Origin: Candidatus Poribacteria bacterium
Lineage (GTDB): Bacteria; Poribacteria; WGA-4E; UBA9662
NCBI GenBank assembly: GCA_046582655.1
Contig: JAYGDX010000171.1
Coordinates: forward strand, 1-64,000
DNA length: 64,000 nucleotides
Reading direction: 5' to 3'
Positions within the stretch are counted from its first letter, which is position 1, and each line of letters opens with the position of its first letter. Of the stretch, positions 9,816-20,595 are shown one piece after another. A program made the translations under genes and the position numbers. The notes beneath the pieces are model-generated. The model saw nothing but the letters and a program-made list of their open reading frames with translations, had not been told where the DNA came from and searched no databases.

Positions 9816-11756
9816 TTACTTGCGACCTTCAACTAGCGACTCAACGATTAAGGGATCAGCTAGTGTTGAAATGTCTCCTAAATTCGACACATCACCTTCA
9901 GCTATTTTTCTGAGAATGCGGCGCATGATTTTTCCAGATCTTGTCTTCGGTAATGCTACCGTAAATTGGATCTTGTCAGGGGTTGCATGTGGACCGATCA
10001 AACCTCTGACTTTTTGCCTTATTCCTAACTCGACATTCTCGGATGCGGTTTCACCAGTCATTAGTGTGACGTATGCGTAAATCCCTTGGCCTTTGATGTC
10101 ATGTGGATACCCAACAATTGCAGCTTCAGCAACAGCTTCATGTTGACCTATAGCACCTTCAACTTCCGCTGTTCCAAGTCGATGACCAGAAACGTTTAGC
10201 ACATCATCTATGCGTCCGGTAATCCAGTAGTATCCATCTTCATCACGAGTTGCACCATCACCAGTCATGTAGTAGCCAGGGAATCGATCAAAATAGGTTT
10301 GACGAAAACGTTCCTGATCTCCATAAACAGTTCGCATTATACCGGGCCAAGCAGATTTTATACAAAGATAACCACTCGCCGGGTTACCCTCAATTTCCTG
10401 CCCTTCTTCGTTCAGGAGTACTGGTTCGATACCAAAGAATGGGAAAGTGGCAGATCCGGGTTTCAGAGGTGTGGTTGCCGGCAATGGCGTAATCAAGATA
10501 CCGCCAGTCTCTGTTTGCCACCATGTGTCGACAATAGGACATCGGTTTCCTCCTACCACTTGGTAATACCACATCCACTCCGGTTCCTTGATTGGTTCTC
10601 CCACTGTACCAAGTAAGCGTAGGCTAGATCTGTCATATTTATCGACCCATTCATTACCTTCCTTCATTAATGCTCGGAGTGCTGTTGGAGCGGTGTAAAA
10701 GAGGTTAATGTTGTGTTTCTCAACAACTTGCCAAAATCGACCGTAATCAGGATAGTTCGGCACGCCTTCAAACATAACAGTAATTGCTCGGTTAGCAAGT
10801 GGGCCATAAATAATGTAAGAGTGGCCAGTAATCCACCCAATATCAGCCGTGCACCAGTAGATATCATCAGGATGATAATCGAAAATCATCTGGTGAGTGA
10901 ACGAAGTATAAACCATATAACCGCCGGTCGTATGGAGTACTCCTTTAGGTTGACCGGTTGATCCGGATGTGTACAGGATGAAAAGTGGGTCTTCCGCATC
11001 CATCTCTTCAGCTGGACATTCGCTATCAGCTTCGGCCATGGCTTCGTCCCACCACACGTCACGCAACGAATCGAAATTAACTTCATCTCCGGTACGCCTA
11101 ACAACGATTATATGTTCAATTGATGGAGTATCTTTAACTGCTATATCCGCGTTTGATTTCATTGGGATACCGCCTTTGGCACCACGAACGGCAGTATCTT
11201 GTGTAATTAAGATTTTACAGGTTGAGTCGTTGATTCGGTCACGGAGAGCATCAGCAGAGAAAGCGCCGAACACAATCGAATGAGTCGCTCCAATTCGGGC
11301 ACACGCCAGCATTGCAATTGCCAGTTCTGGCACCATCTGCAGATAGATACAAACGCGGTCTCCCTTTTTAACGCCTTGTGATTTCAGTACGTTGGAAAAA
11401 AATTTGACTTCTTGCAACAATTCATTGAATGTAAACGTTTTATCTTCTGATGGATTGTTCCCTTCCCAGATGAGGGCGGTTTCATCACCGTGTCCTGACT
11501 CGACATGTCGATCAAGACAATTGTAGCAAGCGTTCAGTTTTGCACCTTCAAACCATTTTATTTCGGCTTGAACAAAATCATATTGCTGAACATTATCCCA
11601 CTTCTTGAACCAGGTGATTCGTTCCGCAACCTCGGCCCAGAATTGTTCCGGGTTAGAAACTGACGTGTTGTATGTTGTTTGATACTGGTCGTGACTGCTA
11701 ATGTGCGCCTTTTCTATCGGATAGCTTGTATTTTGTGGGGGGAATACTTTGCTCAC
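9816..11756 (-). CDS. acs: Acetyl-CoA synthetase
   Basis: [53 protein letters not shown]. Confidence 0.96.
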   Translation of the reverse strand: MSKVFPPQNTSYPIEKAHISSHDQYQTTYNTSVSNPEQFWAEVAERITWFKKWDNVQQYDFVQAEIKWFEGAKLNACYNCLDRHVESGHGDETALIWEGNNPSEDKTFTFNELLQEVKFFSNVLKSQGVKKGDRVCIYLQMVPELAIAMLACARIGATHSIVFGAFSADALRDRINDSTCKILITQDTAVRGAKGGIPMKSNADIAVKDTPSIEHIIVVRRTGDEVNFDSLRDVWWDEAMAEADSECPAEEMDAEDPLFILYTSGSTGQPKGVLHTTGGYMVYTSFTHQMIFDYHPDDIYWCTADIGWITGHSYIIYGPLANRAITVMFEGVPNYPDYGRFWQVVEKHNINLFYTAPTALRALMKEGNEWVDKYDRSSLRLLGTVGEPIKEPEWMWYYQVVGGNRCPIVDTWWQTETGGILITPLPATTPLKPGSATFPFFGIEPVLLNEEGQEIEGNPASGYLCIKSAWPGIMRTVYGDQERFRQTYFDRFPGYYMTGDGATRDEDGYYWITGRIDDVLNVSGHRLGTAEVEGAIGQHEAVAEAAIVGYPHDIKGQGIYAYVTLMTGETASENVELGIRQKVRGLIGPHATPDKIQFTVALPKTRSGKIMRRILRKIAEGDVSNLGDISTLADPLIVESLVEGRK

Positions 11757-11797
11757 AATACCCTCCGTGCAATTGGTTTTTTTATTCTTTGGATTTT

Positions 11798-11827
11798 ATT
11801 GTATAGACACAGATATTGAAATGTCAA
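11798..11827 (-). promoter_or_regulatory. sigma70-type promoter for acs
   Basis: Minus strand TTGACA-18 nt-TACAAT. Confidence 0.6.
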
Positions 11828-11859
11828 TAAAAACAGACTAATGCGAATATGATACAATT

Positions 11860-14800
11860 TTGGGTATGGCTAGCAAGATGTTGCGGTTAGATCGATATTA
11901 TATGGTCATAATTCTGCTGTTTATTGGAATTGTAAGCCAGCTAAGTGCAACTTCACTTTTTTTACAGCATGACAAAACCGGAGATCGAGACTTTTTCGTT
12001 AATGTTGAGGAACGTTTTCAGGTTGAGATGGTTATCGACCCTCAAGGTCAGCAGGTTACAGCTTTCGAAATATATCTGTCTTTTTCCGATCAGTACTTGG
12101 AATTAATTGATGCAGATCCAATCAATCCAGGAATCCAACCAGTTAAGCAGGGGAAAGATCTGCCTAATGGTTGGCAGATCTTCGACAATGATACACATGG
12201 AGATCCCGGTAACAAGCTGTCAAACTTTCAGATCGATTTCTCTCGGGGATTAATCTTTGGTGCAGCAGACCTTGCGATCAAAAAAAAGAGTGTCATCGGG
12301 GAGATTAGTTTCAGAGCCAAAGTACCAACTGACGCAACGACGATAAAAATTGATAATATGAAGGGGGAGAACCGCCTAACAGTGGTTCGAGTTGGTAATT
12401 CTCCAACCACACCTTTTACTGAATCTTTCATCTCGAATATCTCGATAGCTCAAGGCTTGCTTGAGTTTCTGGATAGCTTTCCCAAAAACGTCACCTTTCC
12501 CAGCAATCAGGTCTACAACAAACTCCAGTTGAGCGATTATGTTGTTTCGCATCATAGTGTAGAATCCCAGCCAAAGTGGTCAATTTCAAAGAGTTCAAAC
12601 ATATCGGTTGAGATTGATCCGGAATCGCTAATTGCCAGTTTGTCAGCCGTTGATGATTGGTTCGGCACAGAAACCCTTGAATTTACGGTAACTGATCCAC
12701 AGGAAAATTCATCATCAAAATTGCTGGAAGTAAAAATTACTGCGCCTCCGGTGTTTAACCTGCCTGAAAAACCATTTATTACAGATGTCAATCAAATTCG
12801 TTTCATCGATCTGACGGAGTACCTCAAGGATGCAGATGACCCGAAATTAGACAACGTTAATTTAATCATGAAGGAAAATCCTTATGGTGAGAATACTGTC
12901 AAGCTAAATGGTAAACAGTTGACAGTTCTTGATGACAAACCTTCTCAGGAATCGATTGTAATCGTTGCTTCTGACGCAGATGGGAATGAGACAACAGCTG
13001 AAATCCAGATTGGTTTTTCTGCTCTGGATAGCGGCCCTATTATCTCTATCATAACTTTTCCGCCGGAGATTACTGTGTATTTTGATAGGCCAGAAGCCAA
13101 TGTTCCAATTCTAGATTTAGATGGTATGGTGTTTGACTCTGATTATACTGATAAACAGCTAAATTGGAGTACGGAAGGTAATAAGAATGTTAAAGTCGAG
13201 ATTGATCCAGCCACCAGACAAGCCAAAATTATGCGAAACCCGAATTGGCAGGGATCTGAGGAGGTAACTTTCATTGTCACCAATCCAGTTGACCTTTCCG
13301 ATAAAAAAACGATGGAAGTCAGTTTCAGAACTTCAACTGGTGCACCAATTTTTGGAGAAATTCCGCCGGTTACAATACTTTTTCAAAAGGAACAGCCCTT
13401 GGATCTCAGGAGTTTCGTTAGCGATTTTGAGAGTAATCCAGATCAGATGTCGTGGGATATCAATCCGGGGAAATTTGTAAAAACGGAAATTAGCAACAAG
13501 GGTTTGGCTGTATTTTTGGGTTCCAAGGTTGGCTCGGAAGAGATTGAAGTAAGGGTAATTGATCCTGATGGCAAACAGGCAAAAAGTAAAGTTGCAGTCA
13601 CAGTAATTGCTCCTACCCCCCCACAGATATCAAATAAGTTTCCATCCAAAATCACTATTCCAAGGAATGAACCAACAGTAGTCTTCGATCTTGATGAATT
13701 TTTGACCGGTGGAATTGATAGCTCTGATGTCACTTGGAAGGTAGATGGGTACGACCTTGATAAGATTTTCGTCTCAATTGATGATGAACAGAATGTGACA
13801 ATGAGATCATTGGGTGCTTGGAATACGGGAATCCAAACTGTGACTTTTACTGCAGAGAATCAAGTGGAAATTCCAGTTAGTGTTAAGACCAGGGTGTTCA
13901 CAAATTTCCCGCCCACCATATCACCGATTGATGACTTAACAATTGCTGGTGGTGGTTCCATTGAAGTCGATCTGAATAAAAATATTAAAGATCTAGATAC
14001 AAAACCAGATCAGATTTCATGGACAGCGACCGATTTCTCGCCTCTGTTGGTCGATATTGATTCAGAAACAAAAATTGCAACAATATCTGCCTCTCAGGAG
14101 TTGTCAGGTAAGGAATATAAAGTGGTGTTTATCGCCACTGACCCCAATGAGTTAACGGATAATCAAACGGTAAACGTTCGAGTGGTTAAATCATTCAAGA
14201 CGCCACCGGTGGTTAATTTCCTTCCAAATGTAAAGTTTAAACAGGGGGATGAGGATCAATCAATTACGCTAACCAAATATGTAGAAGATTTGGATACGCC
14301 CAAAAAAGACCTGAAATGGGATTACGAACCCAAAGATAGCAAAATCAAAGTTAAAATCGATGAAACTACAAAAAACGTCACTTTTAGTTCAGATCTGGAG
14401 TTCGTTGGCAATCAGAAATTCACGTTCACGGTTACTGATCCGGACGAATTAAGCGATAGTTTAGATATGACAGCCGTTGTTCTTGAAAGATCTAAGGAGA
14501 AGGGACCGCCAACGGTAAAAGGAATTCCTGACATAAAAATGAAGAAAGGCACAACGGAATCGATTCGTCTCAATGATTATGTTATGGATCCAGACACTCT
14601 TAAGGTAGATCTGAGATGGGATTACGCGTCTAAGGATGGAAATGTTGAAGTGAAAATAGACAGTGAAACGTCAAATGTTACCCTAAGTCCGGTTGCTGAC
14701 TTCTTGGGTGAAGAGCAGGTTACATTTACTGCATCTGACCCTGAAAATCAAAGTAGTAGCCAAGGGATTAAAGTTTCCGTTTTAGAAGAACTAGAGGTTG

Positions 14801-16947
14801 ATAGTGGAATTGAAGGTGAAGGCGGCGAGGAAAATGTTAAGGCAGAACCTCCTGTTATTAGGGATTTTCCGCCGATTGAAATTAAGCAGGGGGATGTCGA
14901 CCAGTCTATTGTACTGATTGATTATGTTGAAGATCCGGACACGCCAAAGAAAGACTTAAAATGGGATTTTGAACCAAAAGATGGAAATGTTCTGGTTCAA
15001 ATAGACGCATCAATTTTTAAGGTGACGCTATCGCCTAAACTTGGTTTTACAGGTGACCATAAAATTACTTTCACTGTAACTGATCCAGGTGACTTGAGTT
15101 CTAGTAAGGTTCTCAGTGTAAAGGTGATTGAACCATCAGCGGAAAAAGGACCTCCAGTGGTAAAGGGGATCCCTGATATGGAAATGGAGCAAGGAGATGT
15201 CGGTCAACAAATTCAGCTGACAAACTATGTCAAAGATCCGGATACGCCTAAAAAAGACCTGAAATGGGATTATGCACCTAAGGATGGAAATGTTGAGGTC
15301 AAAATAGATGAAGCCACGCTGCAAGCGACTTTAATCCCGAAACCTGGTTTTGTGGGTACGCAGGAAATTGAATTTATTGTCACTGATTCCGATAAGTTAA
15401 GCGGGACACAGAAAATTAAGATTACGATCGGTAAGAAGTCAGGCGAAGGTGAGAACAAATCACTTATGATCACAGAAATTCCGAATGTAAAATTCGAGCA
15501 GGGCACGGACGACAGATCTATCGTCTTAGGTGAACACGTTGAAAATTCTGAGGTGCCCAAAGAAAAGTTGGTCTGGGATTATTCACCTAAGGATGGAAAT
15601 ATTGAGGTCGAAATAGATAAAGCAAGTTTAAAAGTTACCTTACGTGCCAAACCGGATTTTTTCGGTACGCAGGATATTGAGTTTAAAGTCTCTGATCCTA
15701 AAGGTCAAACTGCAAGCAAGAAGGTCGCTGTTACCGTTGAGAAGAAGGAAGAAACAAGATCACCGATTTTGACCAAGTTTCCGTTGATCAAAATTGATGA
15801 AGGAACAGCTTATGAGATTGGCAACCTTGATGAATTTGTGGCAGATGCTGACACACCAAAGGAAGACTTGAAATGGGAATCAAAAGGCACTAAAAATCTT
15901 ACCGTTAATATTAATCAAGAAACTCGTGTAATGGAGATTAGTCCGAAAGAAAAGTTTACTGGGACTGAATCAATAGATATCATTGTTACTGATCCGGAGC
16001 AAAACCAGGCTAAAGGTGTAATTATTATCGACGTCCAGTCAACTGAAACCGAAGTAAAAGCCGCGTCTCCAGTTATTTCATTTCCTGAAATTAAACTTGA
16101 AGTGGGAAGGAGTGTTAAACTCAAACTTGATAAGTATGTAAAAGATAAAGACACGCCAAGTGAAGACCTGACTTGGAGTATCAAGGAAAACAACACCTTT
16201 GAGATTGCTATAGAAGAAAGAACTTTAAAAATTAAGCTAAGTGAAGAGAAGAAAAGTTTTCGAGGATCCCAAATACTTGTATTAACCGTAGTCGATCCTG
16301 AAGAGAATAAGGATGTTGGAATAATAAGTATTAAGGTTGTTGACGCACCTGATAGGACACCGCCCGGTTTCCGTTTTTTTATGATTCCCAACCCAATTCA
16401 ACCTGACTTCTTGACAATCGTCATTGTTGCCAATGAAAAACTTAAGGAGCCTCCCAAATTCCAAATTAATGGTGAAGATGTATCCATCAGCGAAGTAGGT
16501 GATAATCAGTGGAAAGGGCAACATATTCTATCAAGCGGAGGGGCGTTAAAAATCGCGATAGAAGGAATGGATGTTGCGGGGAACAAAGGGAGGCGAAATA
16601 AAACTATCCAGCTAAATTCAACACTATCGTCACCACAAATTCCTGTTCCTAATCAGAATGCTTTACATCCAAACTATCCCAACCCATTCAATCCAGAAAC
16701 ATGGATTCCGTTTCAACTGGCGCAGGATACTGTTGTTAAACTCGAGATCTTCTCCTTCGATGGCAAGTTACTACGAACGTTAGATCTCGGACAATTATCG
16801 GCAGGTCTATATCTGAGTCAAGATCGAGCTGCTTACTGGGATGGACGGAACGGAAACGGCGAGGATGTGGCAAGTGGTGTCTATTTTGGGGTTTTATCCG
16901 TTGGTGATAACCAAACATATGTACAACGGTTTGTCATGTCAAAATGA
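11860..16947 (+). CDS. Giant secreted surface protein: cohesin-like N-domain, about 13 cadherin/Ig-like repeats, C-terminal FlgD-Ig/T9SS-type sorting-like domain
   Basis: Signal peptide; ~95-100 aa repeats (PP...P....L..YV.DPDTPKKDLKW...F.G...ITF.VTDP); C-terminal NYPNPFNPETWIPFQL...AAYWDGRN..GE.VASGVYF. True start may be ATG 11866 or 11878. Confidence 0.8.
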   Translation: MGMASKMLRLDRYYMVIILLFIGIVSQLSATSLFLQHDKTGDRDFFVNVEERFQVEMVIDPQGQQVTAFEIYLSFSDQYLELIDADPINPGIQPVKQGKDLPNGWQIFDNDTHGDPGNKLSNFQIDFSRGLIFGAADLAIKKKSVIGEISFRAKVPTDATTIKIDNMKGENRLTVVRVGNSPTTPFTESFISNISIAQGLLEFLDSFPKNVTFPSNQVYNKLQLSDYVVSHHSVESQPKWSISKSSNISVEIDPESLIASLSAVDDWFGTETLEFTVTDPQENSSSKLLEVKITAPPVFNLPEKPFITDVNQIRFIDLTEYLKDADDPKLDNVNLIMKENPYGENTVKLNGKQLTVLDDKPSQESIVIVASDADGNETTAEIQIGFSALDSGPIISIITFPPEITVYFDRPEANVPILDLDGMVFDSDYTDKQLNWSTEGNKNVKVEIDPATRQAKIMRNPNWQGSEEVTFIVTNPVDLSDKKTMEVSFRTSTGAPIFGEIPPVTILFQKEQPLDLRSFVSDFESNPDQMSWDINPGKFVKTEISNKGLAVFLGSKVGSEEIEVRVIDPDGKQAKSKVAVTVIAPTPPQISNKFPSKITIPRNEPTVVFDLDEFLTGGIDSSDVTWKVDGYDLDKIFVSIDDEQNVTMRSLGAWNTGIQTVTFTAENQVEIPVSVKTRVFTNFPPTISPIDDLTIAGGGSIEVDLNKNIKDLDTKPDQISWTATDFSPLLVDIDSETKIATISASQELSGKEYKVVFIATDPNELTDNQTVNVRVVKSFKTPPVVNFLPNVKFKQGDEDQSITLTKYVEDLDTPKKDLKWDYEPKDSKIKVKIDETTKNVTFSSDLEFVGNQKFTFTVTDPDELSDSLDMTAVVLERSKEKGPPTVKGIPDIKMKKGTTESIRLNDYVMDPDTLKVDLRWDYASKDGNVEVKIDSETSNVTLSPVADFLGEEQVTFTASDPENQSSSQGIKVSVLEELEVDSGIEGEGGEENVKAEPPVIRDFPPIEIKQGDVDQSIVLIDYVEDPDTPKKDLKWDFEPKDGNVLVQIDASIFKVTLSPKLGFTGDHKITFTVTDPGDLSSSKVLSVKVIEPSAEKGPPVVKGIPDMEMEQGDVGQQIQLTNYVKDPDTPKKDLKWDYAPKDGNVEVKIDEATLQATLIPKPGFVGTQEIEFIVTDSDKLSGTQKIKITIGKKSGEGENKSLMITEIPNVKFEQGTDDRSIVLGEHVENSEVPKEKLVWDYSPKDGNIEVEIDKASLKVTLRAKPDFFGTQDIEFKVSDPKGQTASKKVAVTVEKKEETRSPILTKFPLIKIDEGTAYEIGNLDEFVADADTPKEDLKWESKGTKNLTVNINQETRVMEISPKEKFTGTESIDIIVTDPEQNQAKGVIIIDVQSTETEVKAASPVISFPEIKLEVGRSVKLKLDKYVKDKDTPSEDLTWSIKENNTFEIAIEERTLKIKLSEEKKSFRGSQILVLTVVDPEENKDVGIISIKVVDAPDRTPPGFRFFMIPNPIQPDFLTIVIVANEKLKEPPKFQINGEDVSISEVGDNQWKGQHILSSGGALKIAIEGMDVAGNKGRRNKTIQLNSTLSSPQIPVPNQNALHPNYPNPFNPETWIPFQLAQDTVVKLEIFSFDGKLLRTLDLGQLSAGLYLSQDRAAYWDGRNGNGEDVASGVYFGVLSVGDNQTYVQRFVMSK

Positions 16948-19467
16948 TTAGCCAATGGATAATTTATCAGCATGTGATGACCATCTTGCTTCCATCATCT
17001 TTTTGAGTGCCTGATGATCTGGGTGGTTTAAATCAGGATCATGCTGTGCTATCTTGGCTGCTTCTGCTTTGGCTAGTTCCAGCAAATCAGCGTCCTTGAT
17101 GATGTCGGCAAGCTTAAAATCAGGTAAACCGGATTGACGGGTACCAAAGAATTCACCTGGACCACGCAGTATCAGATCAACTTCCGCCAGTTCAAAACCA
17201 TCATTTGTCCGGAGCATTGCCTTGAGGCGATGAACACTTTCTTCACTCTGTGGGGTGGCAATCAGGTAACATGTCGATTTGTGTTTCCCTCGCCCAATCC
17301 GACCACGTAGCTGGTGTAGTTGCGCAAGTCCAAACCGTTCTGCATTCTCAATCACCATAATGGTAACGTTAGGTACGTCCACACCGACTTCAATTACCGT
17401 AGTTGATACAAGAATGTCAATCTGACGATTCTTGAACTGTTGCATTACTTCCTGTTTATCAATTGATTTCATTCGACCATGCAAGAGACCAATACGAAAA
17501 TTAGGAAAGACTTCAAGTTGGAAATGTTCCGCCATTTCGGTTGCAGCCTTGATCTCTTCCATTTTTTCCGATTCTTCAACCAGAGGATAAACAATGTAGG
17601 TTTGCCGTCCCTTTTTAATCTCTTTCTCGACTTGTCCGTAGAGTTTATCACGATCTTTATCTTTGACCCATTTAGTCTTGATTTCTTGCCGTCCCGGTGG
17701 AAGTTCATCGATGACCGACACATTCAAATCACCATACACGGTGAGAGAAAGTGTTCGAGGAATGGGTGTGGCCGTCATAACCAATACATCCGGAGTGATA
17801 CCTTTTTCTCGGAGCTGCTCACGTTGCCTCACGCCGAATCTATGTTGCTCGTCGATGATCACCAGTCCGAGCTTGTGAAAATTTACTTCCTCTTGAATCA
17901 GTGCGTGCGTTCCGACAATTATATTTGATGTTCCATCCTTAATTTCTGTCAGGGCTGAATCGCGTTCAGATTTTTTCAGATCGCTTTTGAGTAGAGTAAT
18001 CTTTAGGTTACACGGAGACAACAAGTTGGTAAGGTTGCTTGTATGTTGATCAGCCAGAACTTCGGTTGGCACCATAACTGCTCCCTGATAACCGTTCTCG
18101 ATAGCTTTGGTCAATGAGAGTGCGGCAACTATTGTTTTTCCGGATCCAACGTCACCTTGTAAAAGACGGTTCATTGGTTTTGGGCTTTCCATGTCTGTGC
18201 AGATATGTTCAAAAACACGTAACTGTGCGTTTGTTAAATTGAACGGCAGCGATTGAGTAAACTGGTCGACGAGGTGACTATCAGCCTGAAAAGCAATTCC
18301 ATTGGTGTGGGTCTCAAACCTGACTTTTTTAGTCTCAAGCCCCATTTCCAGTAAAAATAGTTCATCGAAGGCAAGTCTTCTCCGTGCCACTTCCTGATGC
18401 TTGTTTGAGGTTGGAAAATGAATTTCACTAACCGCAGTGCGCCGGTCCATAAAACTCTCTTGCTTTCGCAAATCCACAGGCACGAACTCTGGATATTGAT
18501 CTACGTACTCGTCAAGAGCAATTTTCAACCATCTGCGTACCATATGCTGGGTTAAATTTGCCGTCAGTGGATATTTCGGAACAATCCGTCCGGTATGAAT
18601 TAGATCTAGATCCTCATCTTCGATTATTTCAAAATCAAAGTTTGTCGTCTGGATCTCGCCATACCGGCGTTCAAATTTTCCGCTTACAATAACCTGCTCC
18701 CCTTTTGACAAAAACTTCCGCAGGTACCCAATGCGTTTACCAAAAGCAACAAGTTGTGCAATGCCTGTTCCATCATATATGGAAATTTTCCCAAAAGCCT
18801 TAGCCTTGTGGCGATTTGGCTTAATATGCGTCTGTTTAACTACTGATCCAGAAACGGTTTCATTTTCTTGCCCCCGTCCGACATCACCAATAGATTTGAT
18901 GCGGCTTCTGTCAATATAATCGCGAGGATAATATTCCAGTAAGTCTTCAATGGTGCGGATATCCAGTTCTGCGATGAGCTTCTCAGCAATACGGGGACCA
19001 ATACCGTTTGCCTGTTTGATGTGGATTTCAAGAAATTCAGATACATCTGATTCAGTTAACACAGGCGGATAGCTTAGATCAACCTCTATATCTTGTGTTT
19101 CCGATTGTGTTGTGGTTTCTTGAGCGTTTGCAAAAAGCGGGAGATCCGTCGTTTCTTTGACTCTTAGTTGAGGAGACTTAACTGCCGATTTCTGGCCGCT
19201 TTTTGGCGCTGACAGCAATTTTTGGGCTTTCTCAATTTGCGTGAGTCGTTCCATGGGGGTCAGTCGATCATAGTCAGAAAAAAGATCAGCAAGATCTCGG
19301 AGTTTTTGCTTTTCTGCCAGACCGATTTCCAACTGTCTGGATTTGGTTTCCCAGTTTCCCACATAGCTCTTCATCCCGCCGATAACAACTTCGTCGGTAC
19401 ATCCTTTCCGGATTTCCTGTTCAAAAGGGCGAGAGATAGATCCTATAATCTTTTCAAATTGGTTCAT
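16948..19467 (-). CDS. recG: ATP-dependent DNA helicase RecG (with N-terminal extension)
   Basis: MNRLLQGDVGSGKT, DEQHRFGV, MTATPIPRTL, AERFGLAQLHQLRGRIGRG, RGPGEFFGTRQSG. Confidence 0.96.
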   Translation of the reverse strand: MNQFEKIIGSISRPFEQEIRKGCTDEVVIGGMKSYVGNWETKSRQLEIGLAEKQKLRDLADLFSDYDRLTPMERLTQIEKAQKLLSAPKSGQKSAVKSPQLRVKETTDLPLFANAQETTTQSETQDIEVDLSYPPVLTESDVSEFLEIHIKQANGIGPRIAEKLIAELDIRTIEDLLEYYPRDYIDRSRIKSIGDVGRGQENETVSGSVVKQTHIKPNRHKAKAFGKISIYDGTGIAQLVAFGKRIGYLRKFLSKGEQVIVSGKFERRYGEIQTTNFDFEIIEDEDLDLIHTGRIVPKYPLTANLTQHMVRRWLKIALDEYVDQYPEFVPVDLRKQESFMDRRTAVSEIHFPTSNKHQEVARRRLAFDELFLLEMGLETKKVRFETHTNGIAFQADSHLVDQFTQSLPFNLTNAQLRVFEHICTDMESPKPMNRLLQGDVGSGKTIVAALSLTKAIENGYQGAVMVPTEVLADQHTSNLTNLLSPCNLKITLLKSDLKKSERDSALTEIKDGTSNIIVGTHALIQEEVNFHKLGLVIIDEQHRFGVRQREQLREKGITPDVLVMTATPIPRTLSLTVYGDLNVSVIDELPPGRQEIKTKWVKDKDRDKLYGQVEKEIKKGRQTYIVYPLVEESEKMEEIKAATEMAEHFQLEVFPNFRIGLLHGRMKSIDKQEVMQQFKNRQIDILVSTTVIEVGVDVPNVTIMVIENAERFGLAQLHQLRGRIGRGKHKSTCYLIATPQSEESVHRLKAMLRTNDGFELAEVDLILRGPGEFFGTRQSGLPDFKLADIIKDADLLELAKAEAAKIAQHDPDLNHPDHQALKKMMEARWSSHADKLSIG

Positions 19468-19501
19468 ACTTTTATTTTCTAATGAAACACAGCTTCAATT
19501 A

Positions 19502-19560
19502 AACAAAATATAAGGGCTAACGAACATCTGGTAAACATTCATTTGCCCTTATATTTTGTT
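19502..19560. terminator. Long hairpin, probable terminator downstream of the LamG gene
   Basis: 16-bp perfect arms AACAAAATATAAGGGC ... GCCCTTATATTTTGTT. Confidence 0.55.
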
Positions 19561-19576
19561 AGAATCGACTTGAAAT

Positions 19577-20404
19577 TTAACTCCTTTCCGTTTTAATTAA
19601 TCCCCAGGAAACTGTAAGCTTACCATTTCTGTCAACGGATAAGGCTCGCTCAAACCCAGATCCGAGTTTCTTAACTTGACCGGCGTCTAACGTAACGCTG
19701 AAAACTGCAATTTCGTCAATGGTCCCTTTCCACTGGCAACGCTTACCACATCCAGGATCGGCGCCGATATAAACGTTCTCAGGAGATGCCCAAGGTGGGC
19801 CGTCCGCCTTCTCACTTCCTTGCAACTTCCCATCTTGATATATCTTTAACTCTTTACCATCGTATGTTCCAACGATGTGAGTCCATTTCCTGGCGGGCAA
19901 CCCATCTCCAAGAACTTCCAATTTAGCACCACCATTTTGCGATCTGATATGAAAAGAGGCGTTCGTCTGGTTCTGCCCATTTTCATGTGCTCCTGTGCCT
20001 AATAGGTATTGGGACCATGTAGAGCAGCCAAGTCCTCTCCAAATAATGCATTTACCTGTAGCATCCCCATCAGATAAAACCCACGCATGTATTGAGAAGG
20101 TTGTGCTTTCTTTGAAGTCTAACTCTTTCGCTTTGTCACCTCTCTCAGTCGGAATAGTAAGCCATTCATCTTCGCCATTAAGCTGTATTCCTTTGCCAAA
20201 CTTGCCATCCACCCACTTTGGCGCGCCACTACCAAATTCTGCGTGGTTGTCGTTTCCTGAGGTATCTTTGGCAATTTCGCCTTTACCTTCCTCGAAAAGC
20301 CAAACTCCGGCAATGCTGTCTTCCTTTAGCTGTGCGTATCCTGCTGTTGCAATTAACAGTAGAACAGTTACTATAGCAATCCATTTTGCTAAGTCATGTT
20401 GCAT
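19577..20404 (-). CDS. Secreted LamG/concanavalin-like jelly-roll protein
   Basis: Signal peptide; WLFEEGKG, WVDGKFGKG, WTHIVGTYDG, GTIDEIAVF; tail SVDRNGKLTVSWGLIK. Confidence 0.85.
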   Translation of the reverse strand: MQHDLAKWIAIVTVLLLIATAGYAQLKEDSIAGVWLFEEGKGEIAKDTSGNDNHAEFGSGAPKWVDGKFGKGIQLNGEDEWLTIPTERGDKAKELDFKESTTFSIHAWVLSDGDATGKCIIWRGLGCSTWSQYLLGTGAHENGQNQTNASFHIRSQNGGAKLEVLGDGLPARKWTHIVGTYDGKELKIYQDGKLQGSEKADGPPWASPENVYIGADPGCGKRCQWKGTIDEIAVFSVTLDAGQVKKLGSGFERALSVDRNGKLTVSWGLIKTERS

Positions 20405-20595
20405 GATAACCTCCTTAATAATTGAAAATATTGTATCATATGTGCGTATGAAAAACTATTTTGGGAAGATTTATTCTACTTTGCATTCGAAACCGATTGA
20501 TGGTCCATAAGGATAGTGGGTCGATCAGGTGTTATCTGAATCGATTTCATTTTCCGTTTCATGGTATTAGCCTTTGGCCGAAACGAGAATGGTAT

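Noticed and set aside
14200..15900. CRISPR-like or tandem DNA repeats
   Set aside because: The recurring sequences are coding repeats of the adhesin spaced about 300 nt apart. No repeat-spacer array or cas gene was seen in the window.
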